A stretch of DNA of 64,000 nt from the human T2T-CHM13v2.0 reference genome, Homo sapiens, in the NCBI RefSeq assembly GCF_009914755.1, contig NC_060939.1, one strand, 5' to 3'. Below, piece after piece: positions 39,028 to 54,790 of the stretch. The notes under the pieces are model-generated. The model did no database searches, had not been told where the DNA came from, and was given only the letters and a program-made list of their open reading frames with translations. The translations under genes were made by a program, and so were the position numbers. Every line of letters begins with the position of its first letter. The stretch's first letter is position 1.

Positions 39028-39777
39028 TATTTATTATTTTAATCTAGCCAGCTCCAGCAGGCATTTGAGTGTGTGGCCCTGATCTAATCCACACCCTGTC
39101 ATTATTTTATAGAGACTCAGAGAAAAGAAACAGGAGTGGGAGCACTTCTGATTCCTCAGAAGATAGCAATCTAGGGTGGGCTGCAGGTTCCTGTTCACAA
39201 AGTCAACCCCAGAGAAACTACAGAAGCAGAGAAGCTTGGACCTGAGCAACAAACCTAGAAACTGTCAGAGCTCCCAGGAAGAGCAAGAGCTGCTTTGAAC
39301 TAAAGTGTCCATGGCAGTGGGCATCCACCTGATCCACCAGTGAGAGGAAGGGTTGGAAGAGCTCTCTCAGGGCCTTCTCTTACTTCTTCCCCACATTGAT
39401 TGGGACAGTCATTGCTGCCCCACTGCCTCTTTGTGATAGAAGTCAGGAGCAATAGCTCAGGTTCCAGTGATGGTGGGGTAATATCAGGGCACCCTAGTAG
39501 CACAGCTGGAGTGAGAAGCTGGTGAGAACAGGTATGGGTTGACCAGATTCCCTCAAACATTCACTTTTCCCCCCTTCTCTGTCTCACCCCCAGGGCTGGT
39601 GAAGTCCCGTGGGAAAGCGTCCTCCTCACAGCACAGCTTCCTCCTAAGAGTTCAAGCATGAATGCCTGACCAGAGGCATTGCTTGGTGGCCCAGTGACAA
39701 ACAGGAAGGGGAGGATGGGGAATCAGTTGTGACTGCATGGTGCCAGGGGCTGTATGCTTGGCTCCATCCATGCCATT

Positions 39778-40186
<409 letters not shown>

Positions 40187-40319
40187 TGAGGAGTACATAC
40201 CCTAGTACATACACAGACGTGGAGAAAATGGGACAAAATATAGTATGGGAAGCAAAATTCATAAGGATTTAAAATAGGAATCTTCAAAGAGTTAAGAGTA
40301 TTAGTAATATTAACAGATG

Positions 40320-41130
40320 GGGTCGTTTTAAACTATGTGCCTAAATTATTTCATAATCCTCTCTTCAAGTAGTGATTAATTCCCTCCTCCTTGAGTATGA
40401 GCTGGACTAATGATTCACTTCTAACGAATGGACTATGGCAGAAATGACAGTCATAAAATACACCATGGCTTCTTCTTGCTTTCACCGTGTTGGGTTGTTG
40501 GTTCTGGAAAAAGCCAGCTGCTATATAGGGGGGTTCTCAAGAAACGCTACTGAGAGGCCCATGTGTTGTGGAACTGATCCCTCCTACAAAGAGTCAGCAA
40601 GGACCTGAGGCCTCCTGCCTATAGCCTTGTGAGTGAGCAACCTTGGGAACCAGTCCTCCAGCCCCAGGCAAGTCTTCACTTAACAGCAGCCTTGGCCGCA
40701 AACTCATGAGAGATTATGAGCCAGAGCCACCTAACTAAGCCACTCCTAAATTTCTGACCCATGGAAACTGAAATAATAAACGTTTGTTGTTTTAATGGCT
40801 GGGTGGTGTGGCTCACGCCTATAGTCCTAGCACTTTGGGAGGCTGAGGTGGGCAGATCACCTGAGGTCAGGAGTTGAAACCAGCCTGGGCAACCTGGTGA
40901 AACCCCGTCTCTACCAAAAATAAAAAAAATTAGCCAAGCGTGGTGGCGAGTGCCTGTAATCCCAGCTATTAGGGAGGCTGAGGCAGAGGTTGCAGAGAGC
41001 CGAAATCACACCACTGCACTCCAGTCTGGGCAACAGAGAGAGACGCTGTCTCAGAAAAAATAAATAAATAAATACATAAATAAATGTTTGTTGTTTTAAG
41101 ATGCCAAGTTCTGCAGTGATGTTATATTAA
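40320..41130 (+). mobile_element. MLT1 (E/F-like) LTR containing an Alu
   Basis: 'gagctggactaatgattcacttctaacgaatggactatggcagaaatgacag'...'aataaacgtttgttgttttaa'. Confidence 0.65.
40797..41084 (+). mobile_element. Alu
   Basis: Alu consensus with an internal deletion. Confidence 0.88.
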
Positions 41131-42198
41131 TTAACGAGTATATCAGGAATGAAGTCATAAGAAGAATCAAGTGGAAATATTACATATTAAAATAGTTAAA
41201 AATAAAAATAGATGGGGTAAATAGGAATATAGATTTTACTTGTCTTTTAAGGGGAAGATAAGAGAGTGATAAATTTAAGATTTCAGTAGAAGCAAATAAA
41301 CAAAGCTCTTAACCATAAGATAGATATGTATAGCTTTTAACCGTAACCACAGAATAGAATGTGTAGCTTTTAACCATAAAATAGAATGTGTAGCTTTTAA
41401 GACAACAGAGGAAAATTTGATCTATCCAGTGAAAAGGAGGTGATAAAAAGAAAAGGCAATAAATAAAAAATCAAGATAGGAATAGAAATTTGTACTTTTC
41501 TAACAGCAATTACAACCATTGTAAATGCAATAAATTCATCAACTAAAAGTTAGAGACTCTCAGAGCAGGTAAAAAAATCCAGCAATAAATTGTCTACAAT
41601 AGGCATATTTAAAAAGAAACCAAAAGATTTTAGCAGTGGTGGACTAGATTATCAGGAAATAGGGAGAATATATTCTTCAAACCAACTGAATTCCGTGTAA
41701 AATATGGCTTTTTTGATTTCCTAAACTTACAGGCCATAAGGGATAACACCAAGCCTCCCCCCAAAAAATTTAAAAGTAAAATGTTTTGAGACAAAACCAA
41801 AGTATTCATCTCCATCAAGGGTGGCATTTACTTGAAACCTAGGCCTTGGACCTGTGGCAAGGTGAGAGAGAATGTAACTGAGTTTCCCAGATTAAGCATA
41901 AGAGCCTGGATTGGGGGTTGGAATAAATCCAGATCAATAGCTCCTATGGGTTCAAGTGCAAATCCTCTCTGCTCTGAGAAAGGATTTCTCAATTTAGGTC
42001 TCCACATTTTCCACAGACAGGTCAGCTAAAATGAGCTCACAATCAAAGGTGATCAAAACATAAGGAAACCAACCGCTATGAATGAAAGTCTGGAGACAAT
42101 TAACCATAGAGTTTGACCTCCAGGGACTTTAGATATTTGAACTGTCAGTTACAGACTTAAGATAACTATGTACGAAATGTTGAGGAATCACAAAACTA

Positions 42199-42535
<337 letters not shown>

Positions 42536-42691
42536 TTAGTTAACTGGAAGTTATACATAAAGGAGTTACCCAGAGAGACAAGGAGATGGAAGACACAAAA
42601 GTTAAGAGATATGGAAGACAGAATGAGAAGGTCTAAAATATCTATCTAATCAGAGTCTCAGAAGGAAAGCATAAAAAGGATAAAAGGAGAT

Positions 42692-42981
42692 GTATGGTTA
42701 TTCTCTTGATAACCTTGGGGGATTGGTTCCAGGATCCCCCAAAGATAGCAAAATTCACAGACACAAAAGTCCCTTATATAAAATGGCATAATATTTGCAT
42801 GTAACCTGTGCACATGTTCCCATAAACTTGAAATCCTCTCTAGGTTACTTATAATACCTAATACAATGTAAATAGTTGTCATACTGTATTGGTTTTTTAT
42901 TTGTATTTTTTCCAAATACTTTTAATTTGCAGCTGGTTGAATCCAATGACATGGAACCTGCAGATACAGGGGGTTGACTGT
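42692..42981. mobile_element. MER2 (TcMar-Tigger) DNA transposon
   Basis: 'gggggattggttccaggatcccc...aagtcccttatataaaatggcataatatttgcat...ggttgaatcc..gatacagggggttgactg'. Confidence 0.78.
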
Positions 42982-42989
42982 TTTCGTTT

Positions 42990-43543
42990 TTTAAATTGGT
43001 GGCTTCAGATAACACACATTTATTGTTTTACAGTTTATGTTGGCCAGGAGCTTGCACATGGCTTAACTGGATCCTCTGCTTAAGGTTTTGCAGACAGCAA
43101 TCAAGGTGTTGGCTGGGCTGCATTCTCATCTGGAGTCTCAATGGGGGAAGAGTCTGCTTCAAAGTTTGCTGAGATTGTGGTCAGAAATTATTCCCTTGCA
43201 GTTGTGGGCAAGAAGGCCCCAGCTTCTTGCTGGCAGCTCTTGGATGCCATCCACAGTTTCTCAAAGCCACCCACAGTTCCTTGCCACATGAGCTTTCCCA
43301 ACTTGGCTGTTTACTTCATCTAGCAAGCAAGGAGAGCCTCTGGAGTGAGTCAAAAAAGACAGACTCTTATATAATGTAACACTCACAAAAGTGACAGCCC
43401 ATCACCATCACCATATCCTATTGCTTAGAAGCAGGTCACAGGTTCTGCCCACCCACAAGGGGAGGGGATTACACAAAGGCATGAACACCAGGAGGTAGAG
43501 ATCGATGGAGAGACGGGGCACCTTAGAGTGTGTCTGCCACAAC
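42990..43543 (-). mobile_element. MLT1 (D/E-like) LTR
   Basis: 'caaggggaggggattacacaaaggcatgaacaccaggagg...ccttagagtgtgtctgccaca'. Confidence 0.68.
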
Positions 43544-43611
43544 AGGAAATATTTAAAATGATAACAGCTATGTATTTTCCAAAACTGACTAAAAATAATT
43601 TTAAAGATTAA

Positions 43612-43902
<291 letters not shown>

Positions 43903-44165
43903 CAATTACTATTTTTGATAATAAATAAAGCGTAATTTTAAAAATTCACATCTAGAAACATTTTAATGAAGCTGAAGAATACACAAGGAAATGTCTACAT
44001 AGAAATCATCCAGAGACAGGGAAAATACCAAGCAAATATGAACCAAAAGAAACCTGGGATAGCAAGCAGAATCACTGACAAAACAGAATTTAAGACCAAA
44101 ATATACATATCATAAGGGGCAAGAGGAGCATTATATACTGGCATATAAAGAATAGATATATATTA

Positions 44166-44462
<297 letters not shown>

Positions 44463-44596
44463 GAATATATATATATTTTACCCAATAATATCATGTAAAC
44501 ATATAAAGGACTATATATTTGGCTAACAATACCACCTAAATATATAAAGCAGTACTGACCAACTGGGGAGAAATAGGTAAATCAATTGCATTGAGG

Positions 44597-45014
<418 letters not shown>

Positions 45015-45036
45015 TAAAATTAGTATGCTTAAGCAA

Positions 45037-45415
45037 TGATATGGTTAGGTTTTGTGTCCCCACCTAAATCTCCTCTTGAGTTATAATCCCCGTAATCCCC
45101 ATGTGTCAAGGGAGAGAGCAGGTGGAAGTAATTGAATCATGGGGGCGGTTTCCCCCATGCTGTTCTCGTAATAGTGAGTGAGTTCTCATGAGATCTGATG
45201 GCTTTATAAGGAGCTCGTCCCCCTTCACTTAGCACTTCTCCTTCCTGCTGCCTCGTATAGAAGGTGTCTTGCCTCCTCTTTGCCTTCCGTCATGATTGTA
45301 AGTTTCCTGAGGCCTCCGCAGTCATGCTGAACTGTGAGTCAATTAAACCTCTTTCCTTTATAAATTACCCAGTCTTGGGCAGTTCTTTATAGCAGTAGGA
45401 AAACAGACTAATACA
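45037..45415 (+). mobile_element. THE1D/MSTA-type MaLR solo LTR
   Basis: TGATATGGTTAGG...GACTAATACA; 5-bp TSD agcaa at 45032-36 and 45416-20. Confidence 0.88.
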
Positions 45416-45435
45416 AGCAATTCAGAGGATATACA

Positions 45436-45723
45436 TTTTTTGTGTGTCCTCACTCTGTGACCCAGGCTGGAGTGCAGTGACACGATCACTACTAACTGCA
45501 GCCTTGACCTCCGGGGTTCAAGCAATCCTCACACCTCAGCCTCCCAAGTAGCTGGGACCACAGGCAAACGCCACCACCCCCAACTAGTAAAACTTTTTTT
45601 TTTGCATAGAGATGGGGTCTTGCTATGATGACCAGGTGTGTCTTGAACTCCTGGGCTCAGGGATCCTCCCACCCCAGCCTCTCAAAGTACTAAGATTAGA
45701 AATGTGAGCCACTGCATCTAGCC
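45436..45723 (-). mobile_element. Alu (J-like)
   Basis: Antisense Alu. Confidence 0.88.
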
Positions 45724-46586
45724 TACATTTTTTTAAGCACACGGAATGCTTACAACAAATTTTCCATATACAATACCATGAAGGCAGCTTAAATAAAATA
45801 CATCTCACAGATTACGTTATCTGACTAAAAAATATACGTCAATGACAAAATGATAACCAAAAATCTCATATATCTGGAAACAAAACATTATTTTATAATT
45901 CTTGGGTTAAAAAACCATAGGGGAAATTATGTAATTCTGAGAGTTGAATGATGATTAATATAAGTCAAATCCTGAGTGGCATGCTTAAAGCAATACTTAC
46001 TTAGAGAGTTAAATATTATATAGCTTTCCTTACATTTACCAGAGAACAAAATAGATTTAAATAAATGGGTAAATATTTAGCTCAAGAAGTTGGAGAAAGA
46101 GTAATAAAGCAGGCATAAAGAAATAAGAAGGAATTTAAAAATTAAAAATTTAATGAAATAGAAAACAAAGAAAATTCATAAAACCAAAAGTTTGTTCTTT
46201 GAAAATATGTATCAGTACATAGACTTATGGTAGGACTAGTTAATATAGAAAAAGAAAATATACAAATAAATAAATGAGACAGCTGCAGACACCATAGATA
46301 CAGAAAAAGTAATCACCACATGCCAATTATGAAAGGACAGAATATTTAATAAGTTGCATTGGGAAGACTGATTACTCATATAAAGAAAAATACAATTGCA
46401 TATCTCCCTAATACAATATATGAAGCTGGAAATCCAATGGATTCTATATCTAAATTTGAAAATGGAAAATAATAAATTATATGAATTATAATATAGGACA
46501 ACAGAGGGATACAGAAGAATTTTTTAAAACTCTGAAAGTATATCTATAGGCAACAATTTCACTGATTTGATAATACAAAATTAAGG

Positions 46587-46904
<318 letters not shown>

Positions 46905-47409
46905 CAAAATTAAGGATTTTGATTCCATGGGAGACATGAAGAAAGTTAACATACATATCACAGACTGATAAAAATACACATGGAATGTAAAAGACAGAAG
47001 GTTAGCCCCAATATATAAAAATGCCTTCTCATCAGGCAAAAAAAAAAAAAAAAAAGTTCACAGTGGTATTATGACAGCAAGATGTGATCTAGATACCCAT
47101 CACTGAGAGAGTAAATAAGTAAAATGTGATATGCGCAGCAGTTATAAGACTAGATTCACATTTAGCAAAATGGATGGATATTAAAAAGTGTTAAATTAAA
47201 AAAAAAAGAGAAAAATAGACTAAAAGCCTTGCAGCGCAATAGATCTACATACATCACAAGCACATGTCCATAATACAACGCTACACATTTTGCAAGAACA
47301 CATGCAAATAAAGAGGATACACACCAAAAGCACTGGAATGTCTATTTATGGAGGAAGAGGAGGCGTGGCAGTGACAAAGGGAGACAAAAGCAGCTGCCAT
47401 GGAGTCTTC

Positions 47410-47797
47410 TATGATTCAGAGGCTATTCTCCTTTCCTCCCAAGCTCCTGGGTGGATTGTACTTCTCTGCCTCCTCCACCCTGTAGTTGGGCAAGGACATG
47501 GAATCAGTGCTACCTGAAGAGTTGTGGGTGGAAGTCATGTGTGCTAGCTTAGACCAGAGCATTTAACTTGTGGTGGAAGATCATTGAATGCTCTGATCCA
47601 CTACCACAGATGATCCTGAAGACAAAAGTTGAGAAGAAACTTCCATCACCCTGGATCCCTGAAAAAATACAACTAGCTGAACCCTCCCCTAGTCTCCATC
47701 TTGCCAACCTGCATTATTAAATAGATAATTTTGGTGAAAAATAAACTCTTGTTTTAAGCTCCTGGGACTTGGGTTGTTTGTTACTGCAGCATAATCC
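47410..47797 (+). mobile_element. MLT1 LTR (continues 49118-49142 after the LTR12)
   Basis: 'gggttgtttgttactgcagcataatcc|tagcctactctgattaatac' rejoins across the LTR12. Confidence 0.65.
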
Positions 47798-49117
47798 TGT
47801 GCCCGGAATTGGAGGATTCTTAGTCTCACGGACTTCAACAATGAAGCTGCAGACCCTCGCGGTGAGTGTTACAGTTCTTAAAAGCGGCGTGTCTGGAGTT
47901 TGTTCCTTCTGATATTGGGATGTGTTTGGAGTTTCTTCCTTCTGATGGGTTCGTGGTCCCGCTGGTTTCAGGAGTGAAGCTGCAGGCCTTCCTGGGGAGT
48001 GTCACAGCTCATAAAGGCAGTGTAGACCCAAACAGTGAGCAGTAGCAAGATTTATTACAAAGAGCGAAAGAAGAACGAAACCACATCGCAAAACGGAACT
48101 CCAGCCGGTTTGCCACTACTGCCTCGGGCAGCCTGCTTTTATTCTCTTATCTGGCCCCACCCACATCCTGCTGATTGGTCCATTTTACAGAGAGTGGATT
48201 GGTCCATTTTACAGAGAGCTGATTGGTCCGTTTTGACAGGGTGCTGATTGGTGCGTTTACAATCCCTGAGCTAGACACAAAAGTTTTCCACCTCCCCACT
48301 AGATTAGCTAGATACAGAGTGTGGACACAAAGGTTCTCCAAGTCCCCACCAGAGTAGCTAGATACAGAGTGTCCATTGGTGCATTCACAAACCCTGAGCT
48401 AGACACAGGGTGCTGATTGGTGTGTTTACAAACCTTGAGCTAGATACAGAGTGCCGATTGGTGTATTTACAATCCTTTAGCTAGACATAAAGGTTCTCCA
48501 AGTCCCCACCAGACTCAGGAGCTCAGCTGGCTTCACCCAGTGGATCCCGCACCGGGGCCGCAGGTGGAGCTGCCTGCCAGTCCCACGCCGTGCCCCCGCC
48601 CTCTTCAGCCCTTGGGGGGTCGATGGGACTGGGCACCCGTGGAGCAGGGGTGGCGCTCATAGGGGAGGCTCCGGCCGTGCAGGAGCCCTCAGCGGATCCG
48701 GGGAGGCTCAGGCATGGCGGGCTGCAGGTCCCGAGCCCTACCCCACGGGAAGGCAGCTAAGGCCCGGCGAGAAATTGATCACAGCAGCTGCTGGCCCAGG
48801 TGCTAAGCCCCTCACTGCCCGGGGCCGGCGGGGCCGGCCGCTACGAGTGTGGGGCCCGCCGAGCCCATGCCCACCCGGAACTCGCGCTGGCCTGCAAGCA
48901 CCGCGGGCAGCCCTGGTTCTCGCCCGCGCCTCTCCCTCCACACCTCCCTGCAAGCTGAGGGAGCCGGCTGCGGCCTTGGCCAGCCCAGAAAGGGGCTCCC
49001 ACAGCGCAGTGGCGGGCTGAAGGGCTCCTCAAGCGCGGCCAGAGTGGGCGCCGAGGCCGAGGAGGCACCAAGAGCGAGCGAGGGCTGTGAGGGCTGCCAT
49101 CATGCTGTCACCTCTCA
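47798..49117 (-). mobile_element. LTR12C/D-type (ERV9) solo LTR, full length
   Basis: TG...CA ends, reverse complement begins TGAGAGGTGACAGC; tandem CCAAT (gattgg) repeats 48170-48470; CpG-rich U3; 4-bp TSD atcc at 47794-97 and 49118-21; interrupts an MLT1. Confidence 0.92.
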
Positions 49118-49681
49118 ATCCTAGCCTACTCTGATTAATACGGGGTATAATCAACTAAATAAAACAAGAGAGAATCTTTCGGTGACCAGTGATGCTGAGG
49201 AGTGTGACTAATTTAAACTCATGCATCTGAGCTGGCTCCTGCCTCTCTCACCCCAAATGAGATGGAGAAAGAAAACTAGGCAATTGCCAACGGTCACACA
49301 GCCTTCAACAGGGCATGGCAACAACCCTCAAAACTGTGGACTGGAATACATAAACCCTGTGCCTGCCTAGATGTCAGCAAGGTTTTCATAAAGTTCCTTG
49401 GGCTGTTTCCACGAACAGGATGGAGCTTGTAGGCTGAGGAGTATGACTATTGGTTTCTCGCTGATGGAAACCCATCATATCCTACAAGAACTGATGAGTA
49501 GATCCTTGGCAGTCTGAAGCTTCTTGCTGCAAAGCTGGGTCCTCAGTCTCTCCTTGTTCAACCTTTTGTCAATGATTTAGATGAAGGTACAGAAAATAGG
49601 CTGGGAGGGACAGCTAATATCTTAAGGATGGCGTCATGATCCAAAGGAATTTCCACAGGCTGGCTATAGCAACTGACCGAA

Positions 49682-50188
49682 GTGTAGTCCTCAGACTAGC
49701 ACTATCAGCGTCACCTGGGAACTTGTTAGACATGCAAATTCTTAGGCTCCACCTCAGACTTATTGAAATCAGAAACTCCAGGAGTGGGACCCAGAAATCT
49801 CTTTTTTTTCTTTCTTTCTTTCTTTTTTTTTTTTTTTTTTTTTTTTTGAGACAGAGTCTCACTCCATTGCCCAGGCTGGAGTGCAGTGGCGTGATCTTGG
49901 CTCACTGCAACCTCTGCACCCCAGTTCAAGCAATTCTCTTGCCTCAGTCTCTTGAGTAGCTGGGGCTACAGATGCCCGCCACCATGCCCGGTTAATTTTT
50001 GTATTTTTAGTAGAGACGGGGTTTCGACATGTTGACCACGCTGGTCTCGAACTCCTGACCTCAAGTGATCCACCCACCTCAGCCTCCCAAAATACTGGGA
50101 TTAAGGCATGAGCCACCGCGCCCAGCAGAAATCTGTGTTTTAGTAAGCCCTCCAGGTGGCTCTGATGCACACTAGAATTTGAAAATCA
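49682..50188. mobile_element. MER5A containing an Alu
   Basis: 'atcagcgtcacctgggaacttgttagacatgcaaattcttaggctccacc...aagccctccaggtggctctgatgcacactag'; Alu TSD cagaaatct. Confidence 0.8.
49800..50124 (-). mobile_element. Alu
   Basis: Antisense Alu. Confidence 0.9.
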
Positions 50189-50433
50189 AAGTTTTAGACC
50201 TGTGGGCTGACTCCAACAGCCTCTTATTCAACAGGGATAAATGTAAGCCTTCCCATCATCTCCACCCATCCCTTCACACCCAAATAAGAAAAAAAAAAAA
50301 CAGTTACAAATGAGGAGCATAAGTCATTTAATAGTATTTGTGGAAAAGGCTCCGAAGTTTTAGAGATTTTTGTTTTCTTTTGTTTTTTACTATAACCTTG
50401 AAACATAGAGCCTTCCAAAAAGGCAAGTCAGTC

Positions 50434-50729
50434 TTTTTTTTTTTTTTTTTTTTTTTTTGAGACAGGGTCTTGCTCTGTTGCCCAGGCTGGAATGCAGTGG
50501 TGTGATCATAGCTCACTGAAGCCTAGACCTCCCAGGCTCCAGCCATCTCCCGTCCTCAGCCTCCTGAGTAGCTGGAACCACTGGCAAGCACCACCATGCC
50601 TGGCTAGCTTTTAAATTTTTTGTAGAGATGGGGTTTTGCCATGTTTCCTCGAACTTCTGGGGTCAAGTGATCCTCCTGCCTTGGCCTCCAAAGTGCTGGG
50701 ACTACAGACATGAGCCACTGCACCCAGCC
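50434..50729 (-). mobile_element. Alu (J-like)
   Basis: Antisense Alu. Confidence 0.88.
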
Positions 50730-50741
50730 AAGCCAAGGCAA

Positions 50742-51040
50742 TTTTTTTTTTTTTAATTTGAGACAGAGTCTCGCTCTTGTCACCCAGGCTGTAATATGAT
50801 GACACGTTCTCAGCTCACTGCAACCTCCACCTCCTGGGTTCAAGCAATTCTCCTGCCTCAGCCTCCCGAATAGCTAGGATTACAGGTGCCCGCCACCATG
50901 CCTGGCTAATTTTTGTATTTTTAATAGAGATAGGGTTTCACCATGTTGGCCAAGGTGGTCTTGAACTCCTGACCTCAGGTGATCTACCCGCCTTGGCTTC
51001 CCAAAGTGCTGGGATTACAGATATAAGCCACCACCAAGCC
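50742..51040 (-). mobile_element. Alu (S-like)
   Basis: Antisense Alu. Confidence 0.9.
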
Positions 51041-51614
51041 AAGTCAATCTTAAATTACATTAAAAACAGTGTCTACTATCACTGAGTAGTACACAAGTGA
51101 TTCAGAGATTTGGGGTTTGGGTCCTGGGATTACAAAATAGAAGATACAATGAAATATCTCCCTCCCATTTATTCTCTAGCCATCCAGTTCCTACCCCAGA
51201 AGCAGCCTATTTTGTTACCATATTTCATTGACTTCTAAGATATACATGTTTTTTCACATTTTAACATCTCTGAAATCAGGATGTGTCTTACAATAGCTGT
51301 CAGCTAGGTGGCTCTCATCACATTGATACCATTGCCTGCACTTGAGCAAACTTGGCTATAGCTTTGGTATTGTCATCATTTCAAATGATTTATGTGCATT
51401 GTTGACGCTACATGCGCTGACTTTACTTGCTATTTAAAATATCTTCAAAAAGACGGTACTATCAGCATTTAAATGAAAGGTCACTGTGGATGCAGAAAGT
51501 TACAGAAACAACAGTGAGGTGCAAAATTGATATTAGTGAAGCGAATTTATGAATTGTTAGAGTAATGATTTCCATTCCATATTTTCTTGCAGAGCAACCA
51601 TTGAGAGGTTTTCA

Positions 51615-52095
<481 letters not shown>

Positions 52096-52304
52096 GACCC
52101 CAAAGTGGAAGATACCCAAAAGAGAAAAAGGAATGTTACCTACTCAAATTCATGCCAGACAATGCAATTTAAGACTGGGGAAATTGCCAGATCTCTCAGA
52201 ATAGATGCAAGAAATTTCAAAGCCATGAAGGGCTGGTGTGATCAATCATGTGTCATGCAAGGCTGTCGTTATGGCATCATGTCATATAGTTAACTGGCAG
52301 TCTT

Positions 52305-54015
52305 TTTTTAAATAGACTTTATCTTTTAGAGCAGTTTTAGTTCACAGCAAAATTTAGAAGTACAGAGCGTTCTCATACACTCCCTGGCCCTACACATACA
52401 CAGCCTCCCCCACTATCAACATTCTGCAACAGAGAGGTAAATTTGTTATAATCAATGAACCTACATTGACACATTATTATCACCCAAAGCCCATTTCTTT
52501 TAGTGCTGAATAATATTCCATTGTCTGGAAGTACCTATAGTTTATTTACACATTCACCTACTGAAGGACATCTTGCTTGCTTCCACATTTTGATGATTAT
52601 AAATAAAGCTGATTATAAACATCCATGGGCAGATTTCTGTGTGGACACCAGTTTTTAATTCATTTGGGTCAATACCAAGCAGCACAATTGCTAGTTCATA
52701 TGGTAAAAGTATATTTAGTTTTGTAAGAAACCGCCAAATTAGGCTGGGAGTGGTGACTCATGCCTACAATCTCAACACTTTGGAAGTCCAAGGTAGGAAG
52801 ATCACGAGTCCAGGAGTCTGAGACCAGCCTGGGCAACATAGGAAGACTCTGTCTCTACAAAATTTTTGTTTTAGAAATTAGCCTGGTATGGTAGCACATG
52901 CCTGTAGTCCCAGCTATTCAGGAGGCTGAGGTGGGAGGATTGTTTGAGCCCAGGAGTTAGAGACTGCAGTTAGCCGTGATCTTGCCACTGCACTCCAGCC
53001 TGGGTGACAGGGCAAGCCCCTGTCTCAAAAAAAAAAAAAAAAAAAAGAAAAGAAACCATCAAATTGTCTTCCAAAGAGCCTGAAGAACCTGTAGCATTTT
53101 GCGTTCCCATCAGCAATGAATGAGAGTTCATTCATTCACACTGATTCAATGAGATGACCCAAATCCAGAACACTGACAACACTAAATGCTGGTGAGGATG
53201 TGGAGCAACACACGTGTTTGGGTCCTCGCATTGTTGATCTAATTTGAAGTTCCCTGATGACACATGATGTGGAGCATCTTTTCACATGCTTACTTCATTT
53301 GTAAAATCTTTGGTGAGGTGTCTGTTCCAGTCGCTTGTCCATTTTTCAGCTGGGTTGTTCATTTTCTTATTGTTGAGCTTTAACAGTTCTTTGTATATTT
53401 TGGATAACAATCTTTTATCAGGTGTCTTTTCCAAATACTTTTTCCCAGTTGGTGGCTTGTCTTCTAATTCTCTTGACAGTGTTTTTCACAGAGCAGAAGT
53501 TTCTCTAATTTATTGAAGTCCAATTTATCAATGATTTCTTTCATGGTTAATGCCTGTGGTGTTGCATCAAAAAAGTCATGTCCATACGCAACATCATCCA
53601 GATTTCCTCCTTTGTTGTCTTCTAGAAGTTTTATAGTTTAGTGCTTTACATATAGGTCTGTGAGCCATTTCGACTTCATTTTTATGAAGGGTGCAAGGTC
53701 TGTGTCTGAATTCTTTTTTTTTTTATTTGCATATGGATGTCCAGTTGTTCCAGGACCATTTGTTGAAAATACTGTCTTTTTTTCCATTGTATTATCCTTG
53801 CTCCTTTATCAAACATCAGTTGAGTATAGCTATGTGGGTCTGTTTCTGGGCTCTCTATTCTGTTCTATTCATCTATTTGCCTATTCTTTTATCAATATCA
53901 CAGTCTCTTGATTACCGTGGCTTTATAGTAAGCCTTGAAGTTGGGTAGTATCAGTCCTCCGACTTCTTCTTCTTCTTCAACATTGTGTTGGCTATTCTGA
54001 ATCTTTTGCCTCTCC
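52305..54015 (-). mobile_element. L1MC-like 3' region
   Basis: 'tagactttatcttttagagcagttttagttcacagcaaaatt' L1MC 3' end plus antisense ORF2 remnants. Confidence 0.75.
52742..53055 (+). mobile_element. Alu (J-like)
   Basis: Alu consensus. Confidence 0.9.
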
Positions 54016-54172
54016 GTTTAGCAGTCTTTTTTCTTTCTTGTGCATGCAACAATGGTATATCTTATAATTGAGGGCATCTTAGATCTGATGAAATATGAGA
54101 GTTCCTCATGGATATTTCTAGAGATATCTTGTGCCTATAAAAGCATATACATAAAAGTATTATTTTTCTCTC

Positions 54173-54473
<301 letters not shown>

Positions 54474-54790
54474 TTATTTTTCTCTCAAGTTTATTTGTTT
54501 GGAAAACAATAATTTATTGCTCTTCCTTCCAAGTCTTTGTGAATTTACAGAAAAAAAACAAAAACAAAAACAAAAAAACAAAAAGATCAACGTTTACAGA
54601 CTGTTCAGTTCAGACTAAGAATGCCAGAGATGAGTACCTGTACTGCCGTGGCTGCCGGCTACATGGCACCAATGTTCCCCAGCAGATATGCGCTAAAGTT
54701 TAAAACAAGCCCCCTCCAGATTTGTATTATCACCTTCAGAAAGGCTGTATTCCTCACACTGCATCTCACACGACATACTCAGGTCGTTAG

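Larger units (their letters stand above)
49270..51130 (+). mobile_element. CR1/L3 LINE RT fragments interrupted by MER5A and Alus
   Basis: Remnants LDVSKVFIK (cf. LDFSKAFDKV), VLSLSLFN.FVNDLDEG, LGGTANIL..IQRNFHRL and WADSNSLLFNRDKCK. Confidence 0.7.

Noticed and set aside
48540-49100. CpG island of a cellular gene promoter
   Set aside because: Entirely explained by the LTR12 U3 region.
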